Of a DNA stretch of 64,000 nucleotides, positions 11,546-24,544 are shown piece after piece. The translations under genes and the position numbers were made by a program. Location: positions 243,660,001-243,724,000 of the forward strand of contig JBNRSN020000005.1 in assembly GCA_051313645.2 (NCBI GenBank). Direction: 5' to 3'. The notes under the pieces are model-generated. The model had not been told where the DNA came from and made no database searches. It was given only the letters and a program-made list of their open reading frames with translations. How positions within the stretch are numbered: the stretch's first letter is position 1; each line of letters starts with the position of its first letter. The stretch is from Centroscyllium fabricii (taxonomy: Eukaryota).

Positions 11546-11944
11546 TAATGAGTTTCTTTTACAAATAAACCACCTCGATAATCATCGTCCCACAACAAAA
11601 TCCCCCATTAATGTTCTGTGGCTCTGCTTGACGACTCACTTTCCCGAGGCTTAGTTGATTCCCACGAATGATGTGAAAAAACGATTTATCTTCACACAAG
11701 TTTTCTTTTTGTTCTTAAGAAAGTAAGTCATAGAATAATCAGAAAAAGCCAAGCTGCAAGAGAATTATGAGAATAAATGGCCATTTACCTCATGTGTAAG
11801 GAGAGGCTCAAGTTACTGAGCAAATTACAGACTATCTTGTTTTGTAAAATGTTGTGAAAAGAATATTTAGAAAACTTCAAGACAAAAGCCCCCCTTCAAA
11901 CCTGGCTGTAATGTGATAGCAGGTGAAGGGGCAATCAAACACTA

Positions 11945-12535
11945 AGGGGAGGGGGGGGGGGGGGATTTCCCCAAAGGTGCGGGAACCTGGCGGAGATTGG
12001 TCGGGTCGGGTTTCTGGCCCGCCCGCCCAAGGGCCTGGAAAGCCGACACAATTTTCCTCAAATGGATCAATTAAATCCCCGCGTGCGGGGAGCCCCTTGT
12101 AATTGCCTGACTCGAGTCGGCAATCAAGGCGCTGTAGCGGGGAGCGAACTGTCTATTGACAGTTCCCATGGAAACACTTCATTGTGACATCACAATGGAG
12201 TGCAACCAATCGCAGTGGCCAAGTGCTTTGAGTGACAGGTGGACGGGCGGGCTGCAAATCTTTAGGGACCATCTCTCAACGGATCTGTCAAGGTAAGGTT
12301 TTTAAGTTTTTTCTCCACAGCTGGTCTTCACCCAAGGGAGTCACTTACACCTCCAGGGTGTTGAAGGCATGGAAAGCATTCTGCTCTAGGTACTTCAATG
12401 CCTTGAAGGTGAAAGTAACCAAGGCCACTGTGCTCCCGCTGGGTTTCACCAGTGGGGTTTTAGGATGGCGTGATTTTAGGCCCCGTCCCGCCGGAAAGCC
12501 ACCCTCACGAACCGAGGAAAATCCCCCCCCCCAAT
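11945..12535 (+). mobile_element. Non-autonomous DNA element (Harbinger-like), copy 1
   Basis: Colinear in reverse complement with ~16030-16562; G-rich and C-rich ends; preceded by TAA. Confidence 0.65.
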
Positions 12536-12617
12536 ATGTCAAGTAATTGGACAAGAGAAGCCATGGAGATTCTTACATCCCAAATTTCCCATCCTCTCCT
12601 TCTCCCAGTTGAGGATA

Positions 12618-12960
12618 AAAACATAGAAGACAGGAGCAGGAGTAGGCCATGCGGCCCCTCGAGCCTGCTCCGCCATTCAATGAGATCATGGCTGATCATC
12701 CAAATTCAGTACCCTGTCCCTGCCTTCTCCCCATATCCCTTGATCCCTTTAGCCGTAAGAAATATATCCAACTCCTTCTTGAATATATGTAATGAATTGG
12801 CCTCAACTCCCTTCTGTGGTAGAGAATTCCACAGGTTCACCACTCTCTGGATGAAGAAGTTCCTCCTTATCTCAGTCCTAATTGGCTTACCCCTTATCCT
12901 TAGACTGTGACCCCTGGTTCTGGACTCCCCCGCCATCGGGAACATCTTTCCTGCATCTAG
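12618..12960 (-). mobile_element. CR1/HER1 LINE 3' end
   Basis: MFPMAGESRTRGHSLRIRG...NFFIQRVVNLWNSLP. Confidence 0.9.
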
Positions 12961-13829
12961 GATACGAAACTTCAGTTTGATTTATACTTTAATTGCACAG
13001 AACATTCTCAGCACATCACAAGACGGAATTCCTGTTTCAGTTTTCAACTAGCTAACACCACCCATTAATCTGACACTGCATTCACTATACAAAGAAGGCA
13101 TTAGACTGGTGTGTAAATTTGGGCAAATCTGATGCATGACTAACAATGCCAAACTCAAATCTCCCTGGATTAAAATGTAACTGTCCCTCACCCTCTGTGG
13201 TGTTATTCTTCCTTAATTCTATCCAGCTTTTTTTTAAACTCTCTACGTTTCCCTACACCCTTCTTCATTCTTATCTGGGACTTTTGCCAGTGAACTTAAG
13301 AAAAAAAACGGCTGTGTAGGGGGCCAGATGGCGGCCATTTTTATTTCCAATCTGACACGACCTGGAAGTGCTCCATAAATATGACAGATTCCTGTCGAGA
13401 TTCAATCAAATCTGACATCAGTTCTGCTCAGTTCGTGAGATAATAGGCTAACTCCATGACAAGACAGGCAAATGAGTGATCTTCAACCTCACACAGCTTT
13501 ATTTGCTTCACCGAGCTGTATCTCATTCTTAACAAAGGCTTGGAAGCTATAGCCCTGGTAAATCAGTCTGCTACAGCTGTGGCTGAAAGGCCACCAAATA
13601 ACTTGACTGTTGAGCAAAGCTGAGCCTGGAAAACTCATCCAGCCCTGGAATTCATGTTTTTTTTTTACAGCAATATTGTGGTGTTTGTTATTGTGACCAG
13701 AGTTAAAACACAGAAGTGAAAAATTAGAACAAAATCTGAAGTTCAAGCACCAGGTGTCGAGGTTGACCACGTCGTATTGCAGGAAGAGAGTCTGAACTTG
13801 GAGGATGACAGGACCAGGAGAGCATGGGA

Positions 13830-14182
13830 GTCAGAGAGAAAAATAGAAAGTACGACAGAGAGAAACAAAGACCCGGAAAGAGAGAGGGAGAGCGAGAGAA
13901 GGAAAGACAGAGGGGGAAAAACAGAGAGAGAGAAGGAAAGACAGAGGGGGGAGACAGAGAGAGAGACAAAGACAGAGAGACACAAAGACACACACACACA
14001 CAAAAAGACAGAGAGAAAGATTGAAAGAGCAACAGAGAGAAACAAAGACCGGGAGAGAGAGAGCAAAAGAGAGAAAGAGACAGAGACAAAGACCGAGAAA
14101 GAATGCGAGAGAGAGAGAAGGAAAGACGAGAGAAAAAGAAAGATAGAAAGACAGAGACAAAGACAGATAGAGAGACACAGGC

Positions 14183-14220
<38 letters not shown>

Positions 14221-14250
14221 AGACAGGAAGAGAAATAACAATGAAGAAAT
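13830..14250. repeat. GA-rich low-complexity/microsatellite tract
   Basis: Degenerate (GA)n and (GACA)n; accounts for the R/E-rich and S/L-rich ORFs here. Confidence 0.9.
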
Positions 14251-14353
14251 AAAAAAGCAAAGTACAACACAGAAGTTTGAACGGAGAAAGTGTGAAACAG
14301 ATTCCAGGACTAGCAGAGAGTAACCACGGCACGGACTCCTCGCACAGCCTATC

Positions 14354-15472
14354 CATCATCAAGGATGTAATCTCGGAGCATTTGACAAGTAGGGATGAGA
14401 TCGGACAGAGTCAACATGGGTTTACAAAAGGTATATCATGTTTAACTAATCTATTGGAATTCTCTGTCCTGGGACCTCAGCTGTTTACAATATATATTAA
14501 TGATCTGGATCAGGGAATTGAATGTAATATCTCCAAATTCGCGGACGACACCAAACTAGGAGGGGGGCAGGCTCTGAAGAGGGTGTCAGGAAGTTACAGG
14601 GCGATTTGGATAAGTTGGGGGACTGGGCAGATAGATGGCAGATGCACTATAATGTGGATAAATGTGAGGTTATCCACTTTGGGGGCAAAAACAGGAGGGC
14701 AGATTACTACTTAAATGGCAATAGTTTGGGAGATGGGGAGGTGCAGAGAGACCTGGGTGTTCTTGTGCACCAGTCGCTGAAGGCGAGCACGCAGGTGCAG
14801 CAGGCGGTTAGGAAGGCAAATGGTATGTTGGCCTTCATATCAAAAGGGTTCGAGTATCGGAATAAGGATACCTTACTGCAGCTGTACAAGGCACTGGTGA
14901 GACCACACCTCGAGTATTGTGTACAGTTCTGGTCGCCTCGCCTGAGGAAGGATGTTCTTGCCATGGAAGGAGTGCAGCGGCGTTTCACCAGGCTGATTCC
15001 TGGAATGGCAGGAATGACCTACGAGGAGAGATTGTGTAGTCTGGGCTTGTACTCGTTGGAGTTTAGAAGATTGAGAGGCGATCTCATTGAGACGTATAAA
15101 ATTCTGAAAGGTCTGGACAGGTTAGATTCAGAGAGAATGTTTCCAATGGCGGGGGAGTCCAGAACCAGGGGCCACAGTCTAAGGATAAGGGGTAAACCAT
15201 TTAGGACAGACATGAGGAAGAATTTCTTCACTCAGAGAGTGGTGGGCCTGTGGAATTCCCTGCCACAGAGGGCGGTGGAGGCCAGTTCATTAAACATATT
15301 CAAGAGGGAATTGGATATATTTCTTCAAGCTAAAGGGATTAAAGGTTATGGAGAAAAGGCGGGGATGGGGTACTAGCTTGCTAAAGATCAGCCATGATCT
15401 CATTGAATGGCGGAGCAGGCTCGAAGGGCTGAATGGCCTACTCCTGCTCCTATCTGCTATGATTCTATGATT
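14354..15472 (+). pseudogene. CR1/HER1 LINE ORF2 fragment (RT with internal deletion, plus 3' end)
   Basis: SQHGFTKGISCLTNLLEF joined to SVLGPQLFTIYINDL..SKFADDTK; LYKALVRPHLEYCVQFWSP; tail gattctatgatt. Confidence 0.93.
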
Positions 15473-15769
15473 GCACAACATAACAACTCGGGGCCTGGGT
15501 CTCAACTTTCAGCAGATTAATGCTGTGGAATCCAATTCAATAAAGAACTCAATTAGCTGCTGAGGCCCGTGGGTCATAGTTGAGACAGGGGAGAGATACT
15601 GTAAAGACGCCGGTTCTGAAATCCCACTGTGGGATAGTGGTATACAAAACTCTCTGCTATTTCAGCAGAGGCACAAACTCACTTAAAATAAATGGGTTAG
15701 TGCCAGGGAGAAGTTCCAAAAAGGTTCAGCATTCCTATACTGGTATTTCACAGCCTCATTTCAGAGCCA

Positions 15770-16562
15770 TAGGGGTGAATTTTCATGTCACCGTGAGGCG
15801 GGGTTTCGGGCGGGTCGGACGGCAAAACTGCCGAATCGGTGGGTCCTGACCCCCCCACCACCGCCGGATCCCCGCCGCTTTTCCATTTTCCGCCGCCCTG
15901 TCTCCCCGCCCCGAATCCTTCCCGCCGGCAGCTGGCGGGGATGGTCATGAAGCTCATTAAGGGCCCTTAATTGGCATCTGTAATGCCATTTTAAGGGCCC
16001 TTAGCAATTTTCAACCCCTTCCCACCCAGACCCCACCATCCTAAAACCCCGCTGGTGAAACCCAGCGGGAGCACAGTGGTCTTGGTAACTTTCTCCTTCA
16101 AGGTGTTGACGGTCCTAGAGCAAAATGTTTTCCAGGCCTTCAACACCCTGGAGGTGTAAGTGACTTCCTTGGGTGAAGACCAGCTGTGGGAAAAACTTAA
16201 AAACCTGACCTGATAGCTCCATTGACAGCCGGTCCCTAGCTGTCAAAGATTTGCAGCCCGCCCACCTGTCACTCAGAGCACTTGGCCTTTCCCATTGATT
16301 GCACTCCACTGTGATGTCACAGTGGAGTGTTTCCATGGGAACTGTAAACACACAGTCCCTGCAGCTGTCTGACAACCTCCTAGAATCCCGCTTGAGCTCC
16401 GTAATTGCCGACTCGACTGAAGCAATTACCAGGGGTTCCCCGCACGCGGGGATTTAGTTGAGCAATTAAAGGAAAATAGCATCGACTTTCCAGACCCTTG
16501 GGCGGGCGGGACAGGAACCCGTCACGACCAATCCCTGCCAGGTTCCCGCACTGCCCCCCCTT
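15770..16562 (-). mobile_element. Non-autonomous DNA element (Harbinger-like), copy 2, inverted
   Basis: Reverse complement of 11945-12480 over ~500 bp. Confidence 0.65.
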
Positions 16563-17102
16563 AGTGTGTAAATGGCAACAATTTTATGGCTGTTAATAAA
16601 AACAATTTGTAAATCACACCTTTATAGTTAGGGGGTCACCTAAAACTGATGAGAAGATGCAGCTTTCTACACCTTTGAAAGGCAAATCACATTTACCCAA
16701 ACTCGGGCGCACATTTGGGACACAGTCTAACTCCTTTTTGAAGATGTTGCATCTCCTTAGAGTGTGGTTCACAGCTGATGCAGAACAATGAGAACCATCC
16801 TTTCCTGCTTCGTCTCTTATTTCTCAGAGTCTTGCTGTTGCATCACAGGTCAAGCATTCAAATCTGAGCAATAGATCGAGTGGCTCTACACAGGGGGCAA
16901 AATTCCCTAATCTTTGCTTACTTGCGCACACACCCGTTAGGTGCACATCTCCGCAGAACACACACACACGCGCCAACTCAGGAAATCTGGCAAATTGACT
17001 GACAGCTTCAAAAGCTGAAAAAATAACCCATCAATAAAGGGCGCGGGGACAGTGATAATTTCACACCTCAGCTGCAGGTACATCCAACATTACAAATCAC
17101 CA

Positions 17103-17560
17103 TCAGCCGTGGCTCCGTGGTGACACTCTCGCCTCGGAGTCAGAAAGCGGTGGGCTTAAGTCCCGCTCCAGAGACTTGTGGACATAATCCAGCCTGACAC
17201 TCCAGTGCGGTGCTGAGGGAGTGCTGCACGGTCAGAGGTGCCGGCTTTCGGATGAGACATTAAACAGACGCACAGTCTGCCCTCTCAGGTGGGCGTGAAA
17301 GATCCCCGGCACTATTTCAAAGAAGAGCATGGGGAGTTCTCCCCGGTGTCCTGGCCAATATTTATCCCTCAATCAACATCACTAAAGCAGATTGTCTGGT
17401 CACTATCACATTGCTGTTTGTGGGAGCTTGCTGTGCACACATTGGCTGCCACGTTTCCTACATTACAACAGTGGCCACACTTCAATAGTACTTCATTGGC
17501 TGTGAAGCATTTTGGGACGTCCCGAGGTCGTGATCGGCAACATATAAATGCAAGTTCTTA
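17103..17560 (+). mobile_element. SacSINE1-like Deu SINE, near full length
   Basis: tRNA head, Deu body, tail atataaatgcaagt. Confidence 0.85.
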
Positions 17561-19103
17561 ATCTTTCTTTTAATTATAAATCACTTGCACCAGAATGAAA
17601 AGGTCAGTGAAATACTGTAATAGAATTATCGTGCACAGGAGGCCATTCAGCCCAGCGTGCCTGTGCCAGCTCTTTGAAAGAGTTATTCAATTATTCCCAT
17701 TCCCCTGCTCTTTCCCCATAGCTCTGCAAATGTCTCCTTTTCAAGCATTTATCCAGCTCCCTTTTGAAAGTGACTATTGAATCTGCTTCCATCACCCTTT
17801 CAGGCAGTGAATTCTAGATCACAACAAATTTTCCAAATTACAACAGTGACTCCACTTCAAAAAAGTACTTCATTGGCTGTAAAGCGCTTGGAGACGTCCA
17901 GTGGGCGTGAACGGCGCTATAGAAATACAAGTCATTCTTTTTTCCCCCCCCTCAGGTGTGGTTTGAAACAGAATTGGAATCAGAAATCTCTGACAGGGTA
18001 ATGAGAGCGCCAAAACTCGTTTTCTGGAGGTATCTGGATCAAGCCGTCGTTCTAGCCTCAGAATATTTACAGTTTTGACACAGTGCATGTTCCAGGCTTT
18101 TCCGGAGGTGAAGCTCCATCGTTTGTCCCAGACTGCTGGACGTCCCACTGTGTCTCACTTTGTTCAGCATGCAAACCACAACAGGTTTTTGAGCGATCCT
18201 CGTGCATTTTATGCATGGGAAGAACACACAACTAACTGCACCGAGTCCTCATATACGAGAGGCCCTTTCTGACCCAGAGTCGAACCTTCACCCTCACTCT
18301 GAACGGCACAGTGTTTACAGGCTGCTCCATGACCAGCAACAGTTCTTCTGCAATGAGTGAGAGAGATCACTCTTCTCAAGGAAGTTCAGTTTACAGAAAC
18401 AGATCACAGTAGATTAAAGCAACAACAATCACAACGCTTTTCAAACAGTTGTAATTGACCCATAAAATGAACATACACCAGCGCAAAAAATAATGGCGAC
18501 GCATTTGATGAACTCACCTACACCATTCACAAATATAGGTCTGATGTAATAATGGAGTCTGATACATCAATAATTTAAAGCAAAGCTTTAATCCACTACA
18601 TTATCACTGTACAAAGACGGGTTTTACCATGCTTCCAGGTGAAGCGTTCACCCCATACTGAGCAGTTCCAGTATTTATACTAACAGAAAACAGGAAGTGA
18701 CATTTACGGAGTTCACCCTTTAGCCTTCCCCCGGAAGTCTGTTCAATATTACCACAAGGTCTAAATAAAGCGTGATGCTACATATATATGCGTGGTGTTA
18801 TTTCCCTCCCTCGCCATCTGTACAGTGTCAGATTATCACCAGTTGCTCTTTAAGGACCTTCCCCTCTTTCTCACTTTAGTCACTAATTGCAAAGAATTCA
18901 GGCTTCATTCTACCCAAGACCTAGGCCAGCCACAGAGCTAGCTCGCCTTCTCTAACCGCCCCTCCCCACCCTCCACCTTTATCTCGACTTAGTCCCCGCC
19001 CCTACTCCGCAGTTTCTCCCTAGTCTCTGCCTCTCCTCAGCTCCACATCTGTAAAACCTGTCACTTTGTTAAGCACGCAAACCACAGCAGGTTTTTGAGC
19101 AAT

Positions 19104-19857
19104 TATCTGAATGGCAATAGATTGGGAGAAGGGGAAGTGCAACGAGACCTGGGTGTTCTTGTGCACCAGTCGCTGAAGATAAGCATGCAGGTGCAGCAGG
19201 TGGTTAAGAAGGCAAATGATATGCCTTGTAGCGAGAGGGTTCGAGTACAGGAACAAGGATGTCTTGCTGCAGTTGTACAGGGCCTTGGTGAGACCGCACC
19301 TTGAGTATTGTGTGCAGTTTTGGTCGCTTTATCTGAGGAAGAACGTTCTTGCCATGGAAGTTCAGCGAAGATTTACCAGGCTGATACCTGGGATGGCAGG
19401 AAAGACATATGAGGAGAGATTGGGTCGATTGGGCTTATACTCACTGGAGTTTAGAAGATTGAGAGGGCATCTCATCAAAACTTACAAAATTCTGTCAGGC
19501 CTGGACAGACTAGGTGCAGGAAGGATGTTCCCGATGGCCAGGGAGTCCAGAACCAGGGGTCATTGTTTAAGGATAAGGGGTAAGCCATTTAGGACTGAGA
19601 TGAGGAGGAATTTCTTCACCCAGAGAGTGGTGAACCTGTGGAATTCTCTGCCACAGAGGGCGGTGGAGGCCAGTTCATTAAATATATTCAAGAAGGAGTT
19701 GGATATATTCCTTAAGGCTAAAGGGATCAAGGGATATGGGGAGAAGGCAGGAACAGGGTACTGAATTTGGATGATCAGCCATGATCTCATTGAATGGCAG
19801 AGCAGGCTCGAGGGGCCGAATGGCCTACTCCTGCTCCTATCTTCTATGTTTCTATGT
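19104..19857 (+). mobile_element. 5'-truncated CR1/HER1 LINE
   Basis: ORF 19216-19764 is the CR1 C-terminus; tail ttctatgtttctatg; splits a local duplication (short TSD aat). Confidence 0.93.
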
Positions 19858-20919
19858 TAATCCTCGTACATTTTATGGATAGGAAGAACACACAACTAAC
19901 TGCACCGTGTCCATGTACACGAAGGGGCCTTTCTGATCAGAGTCAAACCTTCACCCTCCCTCTGAATGGCCCAGTGTTTACAGGCTGATTCGTGACCAGC
20001 AACAGTTCTTGCTCCCTCAAACCCCTCCTGTTCCAGTTCCTCACCACCCAACATCCCCCTCGATAGCTCTATGCTAGCCAACGTCAATCTGTCTTCTATC
20101 CTCCAGCACTGTCCTTCCCTCCATCACCCCTTCCTCAAACAAAATCTGCACACTGTCCATTATCTACACCTTCTCCCTACTGCCCAGCATCAGATCAGCT
20201 TTCAAATTCAAAACCTATAGCAACCTTGTTTGTGGTGCCTGTTGGATAAAGTCCTACTGCCTGCCAGGTTGATGGGAATTCTTTCAGGAAGGAGAAATAA
20301 AGGTGTCCAGATATATTCTTCAATAAGGAAATGTTTGCAGGGCTATGGGGAAAGAGTAGAGGAGTGAGCCTAATTGGACAGCGCTTTTAAAAGAGCTGGT
20401 ACAGACACGATGGGCCGAATACATAGGCAGCATCCAGAAAGAGAAAAGACTTGATGTTCTGGGTACTGACCCTTTATCAGAACTGAAAATGGAAACATAA
20501 ACAGGCATTTCAATGAGCGGGGGCACAAATGGGATGAATGACCTGCTCAATGGGAAATGTTTCGATGATGTGAAAGCTCATCTCAATGGAGAGACGTGAA
20601 AACATACACAAAAACAATGAGACAGGTAAAGGCCCTCTGGTCCATCCACCCTGTCCTACACAATTGCGATACCTTGTGTATCACAATGTATACACTCTCC
20701 ACCTCACCCGAAACCATGTGATCTCCCAGGAGAAGCAAAATTAAGATAAAACCCCATGGCCAATTTGAGGGGGATAAATCTTGGAAATTCCTTTCCAGCC
20801 CAACTAGGCGATTGAAACTAGTCCAGAACATCACTGTGGCCCTGAATTCCCTGCAGTACCTACCTTCACTAAGAGGTGATCTCCAACCCAACCAGAAACA
20901 GGCCCAGCTCTCACTTGTA

Positions 20920-21625
20920 ATGTGGCTAAAATGGTTAAATTACGAGGGCAGGTTGCACAGACTAGGCTTGATTTCCCTTGAGTACAGAAGATTAAGGGGT
21001 GATCTGATCGAGGTGTTTAAGACGATTAAAAGATTGGATAGGGTAGAAAGTTAGAAACTATTTCCTCCGGTGGGGGGAGTCCAGAACAAGGGGCAAAACC
21101 TTAAAATTAGAGCCAGGCCGTTCATGGGGTGATGTCAGGAAGCACTTCCTCACACAAAGGTTAGTGGAAAGCAGGAACATCATCCCACTCCCCCAAAAAA
21201 ACTGTTTATGCTGGGTGGTCAACTGAAAATTTTAAAACTGAGATTGATAGATTTTTTTGCATATATGAAGGAGAATGTTGTTTAATGTAAAGTATATACA
21301 AGTAACTTACAGCTTTAACATGAGGCTTACACAGAGCTTTACAGTCTCCATCTTCGAGATCCAACTCAAACTGAAAACAAAACTAACTTACACAGCACTA
21401 GCTTCTTATCACATGACCTCTTCTGGCCAGGCATGGATAATCAAACAGGCAACTATAATCCTTCTGTTAGTAAGGCATAGATAGTCAAAGAAGCAAACAT
21501 GATCACATATCATTGCATAAGGAACCAAGGTGGGTAGATGGAGTTAAGACACAGATCAGCCATGATCTCATTGAATGGCAGAACAGGCTCAAGGGGCTGA
21601 ATGGCCTCCTCCTGTTCCTATATTC
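20920..21625 (+). mobile_element. Older CR1 3' end interrupted by a probable solo LTR
   Basis: YEGRLHRLGLISLEYRRLRGDLIEVFK; CR1 tail resumes after 21518. Confidence 0.75.
21262..21512. mobile_element. Probable solo LTR
   Basis: 5-bp TSD ttgca (21257-21261, 21513-21517); ends ...CA; interrupts a CR1. Confidence 0.5.
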
Positions 21626-22179
21626 CAGTGAAAAGGCAGAAAGTACAAATGGTTACGAAGGCAATAGGACATGGTAGAATCACATGCGAATAAAGACGAG
21701 GTTAAGGGCAAATAGAAGAAACAATCCTGAAAATATTGGAGGCCCGAAACAAAGTTCTAAAAAGAATTCCGGCAAAACGAAGCGCCAATCCGGAAAGGAG
21801 AATTACAGGATAGCACCATGTCCGGTCCCATCACGGTTTTCATTTCCGATTGCCAGCATTTGCAGTGTTTTATTTAACTTTTAAATGGATGGTGCCATTA
21901 TTAAACAGGAACAATAAGTTATGAGCGGAAGGCTTATACAAGTCTTGCCAATGCATTCCAGGCTTGTGGTTTTGCTGTGAAGTTTTACTGAATCATGCCG
22001 CAGTCTGACAGAGACAGCTCGGATTGTTTTCTAATCGTGCCCTGGTAAAGAATTCACTCTAGGAGATTTAAAAACCTCCTGGGTTGTGCAACCAGGTCTG
22101 CTTCTTTGGCCAAAGGGGCAGTGTGTAAATCTGAGGTTATTGAGAAATATTCTGCTGTATCACAGAGAATAAGAGATTC

Positions 22180-23268
22180 AACAGCAAAATACTGCGGACG
22201 CCGGAAATCTGAAACAACAACAGAAAATGCTGGAGAAACTCAGCAGGCCAGGCAGTATCGGTGGAGAGAGAAGCAGAGTTGACGTTTCAGGTCGATGACC
22301 TTTTTCAAAACTAGAGAAGCCGGGAGGGGAGATAGATTTTAAAGCATGTGGGGGATGGGGAGAGTGGGGGCTGAAAGAACAGCAACAGGCTAGAAGGCAG
22401 GGGAGATAAGAGATATGCGGAGAAATTGAAGAAACACAGGATGGCTCAGAATAGGTGTGAACAGCTTCAGCTGAGTAAAGAAAAAAGCCCAGATGAAAGT
22501 GTGGATTGAAAAAGAGAGAAAATGTATATCTGTAAAAAAGTGTAGTGGGGGCTGAGGTTATGATCTAAAATTGTTGAACTCTATGTTTAGTCCAGAGGGC
22601 TGTAGAGAGCCTAAACGAAAGAGGAGTTGCTGTTCCTCGAGTTTACGCTGGGCTTCCGTGGAACAATGCAACAGGCCACTGACAGTGAGGTCTGAATGGG
22701 AGTGGAATGGAGACTGAAAGTAACAGGCCACCGAGAGCTCGGTGTCCCCCTTACGGACTGAACGGAGGTGTTCCACGAAACGGTCACTCAATCTGCGTTT
22801 GGTCTCCCCGATGTAGAGGAGACCACATCGTGAGCAGCGAATACAGTATACTAAATTACAGGAAGTACACGTAAATCGCTGTTTCACCTGGAAGGGGTGT
22901 TTGGGGCCCTGGACAGTGGGAAGGAGGGAGGTAGAAGGGCATATGTTGCATCTCCTGCGCTTGCACGGAAAGGTGCCGGGCGAAGGGGTGCTGGGGGTGG
23001 TAAAGGAGTGGACTAGGGTGTCGCGGAGGGAGCGGTCCCTACGGAATGCGGAAAGGGGAGGTGATGGGAAGATGCGTTTGGTGGTGGGATCACGCTGGAG
23101 GTGGCGGAAATGGCGGAGGATGATCCGCTGAATGTGGAGGCTGGTGGGGTGATAGGTGAGGACAAGGGGAACCCTATCGTGGTTCCGGGAGGGAGGGGCA
23201 GGGGTGAGGGCAGAGGGCAGAAGTGCAGGAGATAGAACGGACACGGTCGAGGGCCGTGTCAACCACAC
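22180..23268 (-). mobile_element. Penelope-like element, 5'-truncated, with pseudo-LTR
   Basis: Contains the GIY-YIG ORF and a decayed hammerhead at 22277-22313. Confidence 0.9.
22558..23268 (-). pseudogene. Penelope ORF C-terminus: linker plus GIY-YIG endonuclease
   Basis: RVPLVLTYHP, CKRRRCNIC, NLVYCIRCSRCGLLYIGETKRRLSDRFVEH, GLNIEF; no RT domain and no true start. Confidence 0.92.
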
Positions 23269-23381
23269 GAAGGAGCAGCGCTCCGAAAGCTTGTGATTTC
23301 AAATAAAGCTGTTGGACTATAACCTGGTGTTGTGTGACTTCTTACAATTGTCCATCAGTTAAGCTACATATCCACTTAGAA

Positions 23382-23695
23382 CAGGTACACAACCCTTTAT
23401 CCGAAACCCTTGGGACCAGATGAGTTTCGGTTTTCGGGATGGTGCCCAGTGCGCATTGCCGTGTTGGCGGCCCAGTGCGCAGGCACGGAACGCAGACGCT
23501 GTCTGAAATGGGAGATTGTGGGCTCGGGGAGGAATTGGACCCGTGGGTGGGCTGGAAAGCTTCAGAAACACCCGGTGTAGGCCTCAGGTCCTGAATTAGC
23601 TTTCAAAACGGGTCATGTTTGGCGCAACTCAGATCATGTGACGCTCCGAAAAAGCTTTCGGTTTTCGGAGTTGCGGATAAGGGATTGTGTACCTG
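23382..23695. mobile_element. Tigger-like MITE
   Basis: TIR caggtacacaa(c/t)cc(t/c)ttatccg; right TA TSD. Confidence 0.8.
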
Positions 23696-23739
23696 TACTG
23701 TATCAAACAATTCATCTATTCCAGCAATATAATCAGGAA

Positions 23740-24260
23740 GGCCCATTACTGAGTTTGTCCGTAAACTTGGGCTCATCCAAACCCCTGCTGCCCGTATCCT
23801 AACGCGCACAGAGTTCCGTTTACCCAAGGCCCCTGTTCTCGCTCACCTACATTGGCTCCAGGTTTGGCAATGCCGCGATTTTAATAACTCACATCCTCAT
23901 TTTAAAATCCCTCCCTGGCCACGCCCCCTCCCTATCTCTGTAACCTCCTCCAGCCTTACAACCCGCCGCGATCTCTGCGCTCCTCCAATTCTGGCCTCTT
24001 GCGCATCCCCGATTTTAATCACTCCACCATTGGCGGGCGTGCCTTCAGCTGCCTTGGCCCCAAGCTCTGAAAATCCCTCCCTAAATCTCACTGCCACTCC
24101 GCCTCAATCCTCCCTTAAGACGCTCCTTAAAACCTACCTCTTTGACCAAGCTTTTGCTCACCTGTGAATATCTCCTTATATGGCTCAGTGTGAAATTTTA
24201 CCTGTACAGTGCCTTGGGAAGTTTCACTATGTTAATGGCCTCTGTACATTATGCAAGTTG
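23740..24260 (+). mobile_element. L2 LINE 3' end
   Basis: Reverse-orientation homologue of 9450-9930. Confidence 0.8.
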
Positions 24261-24544
24261 GTCTTGAATACCAACTGAAGGTATGGCAATTACAAGTGAA
24301 ATGGGTTTCTAAACATATTCAGAAACATTAAAGGTGCTATATAAATGCAAGTTGTTGTTAATATTCATTAATGAATAAAATATCACAACTATAGCATGTC
24401 ACTGCCATTATATTACTCACGACAAAGACCACCACTGCACACAGGCACCAGTGGACATATGGGTGAGTGGGTAAATCACCGCATAATTTGCTGCTGGTCC
24501 ACAGCGCAAAAACGTTGCAGTCTCATTCAGTGAAAATGTCCATC

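Noticed and set aside
13489-13650. Possible minus-strand coding exon
   Set aside because: Poor polypyrimidine tract, ambiguous frame and no recognisable protein.
13724-14362. Several 130-210 aa ORFs
   Set aside because: Artefacts of GA/CT low-complexity sequence.
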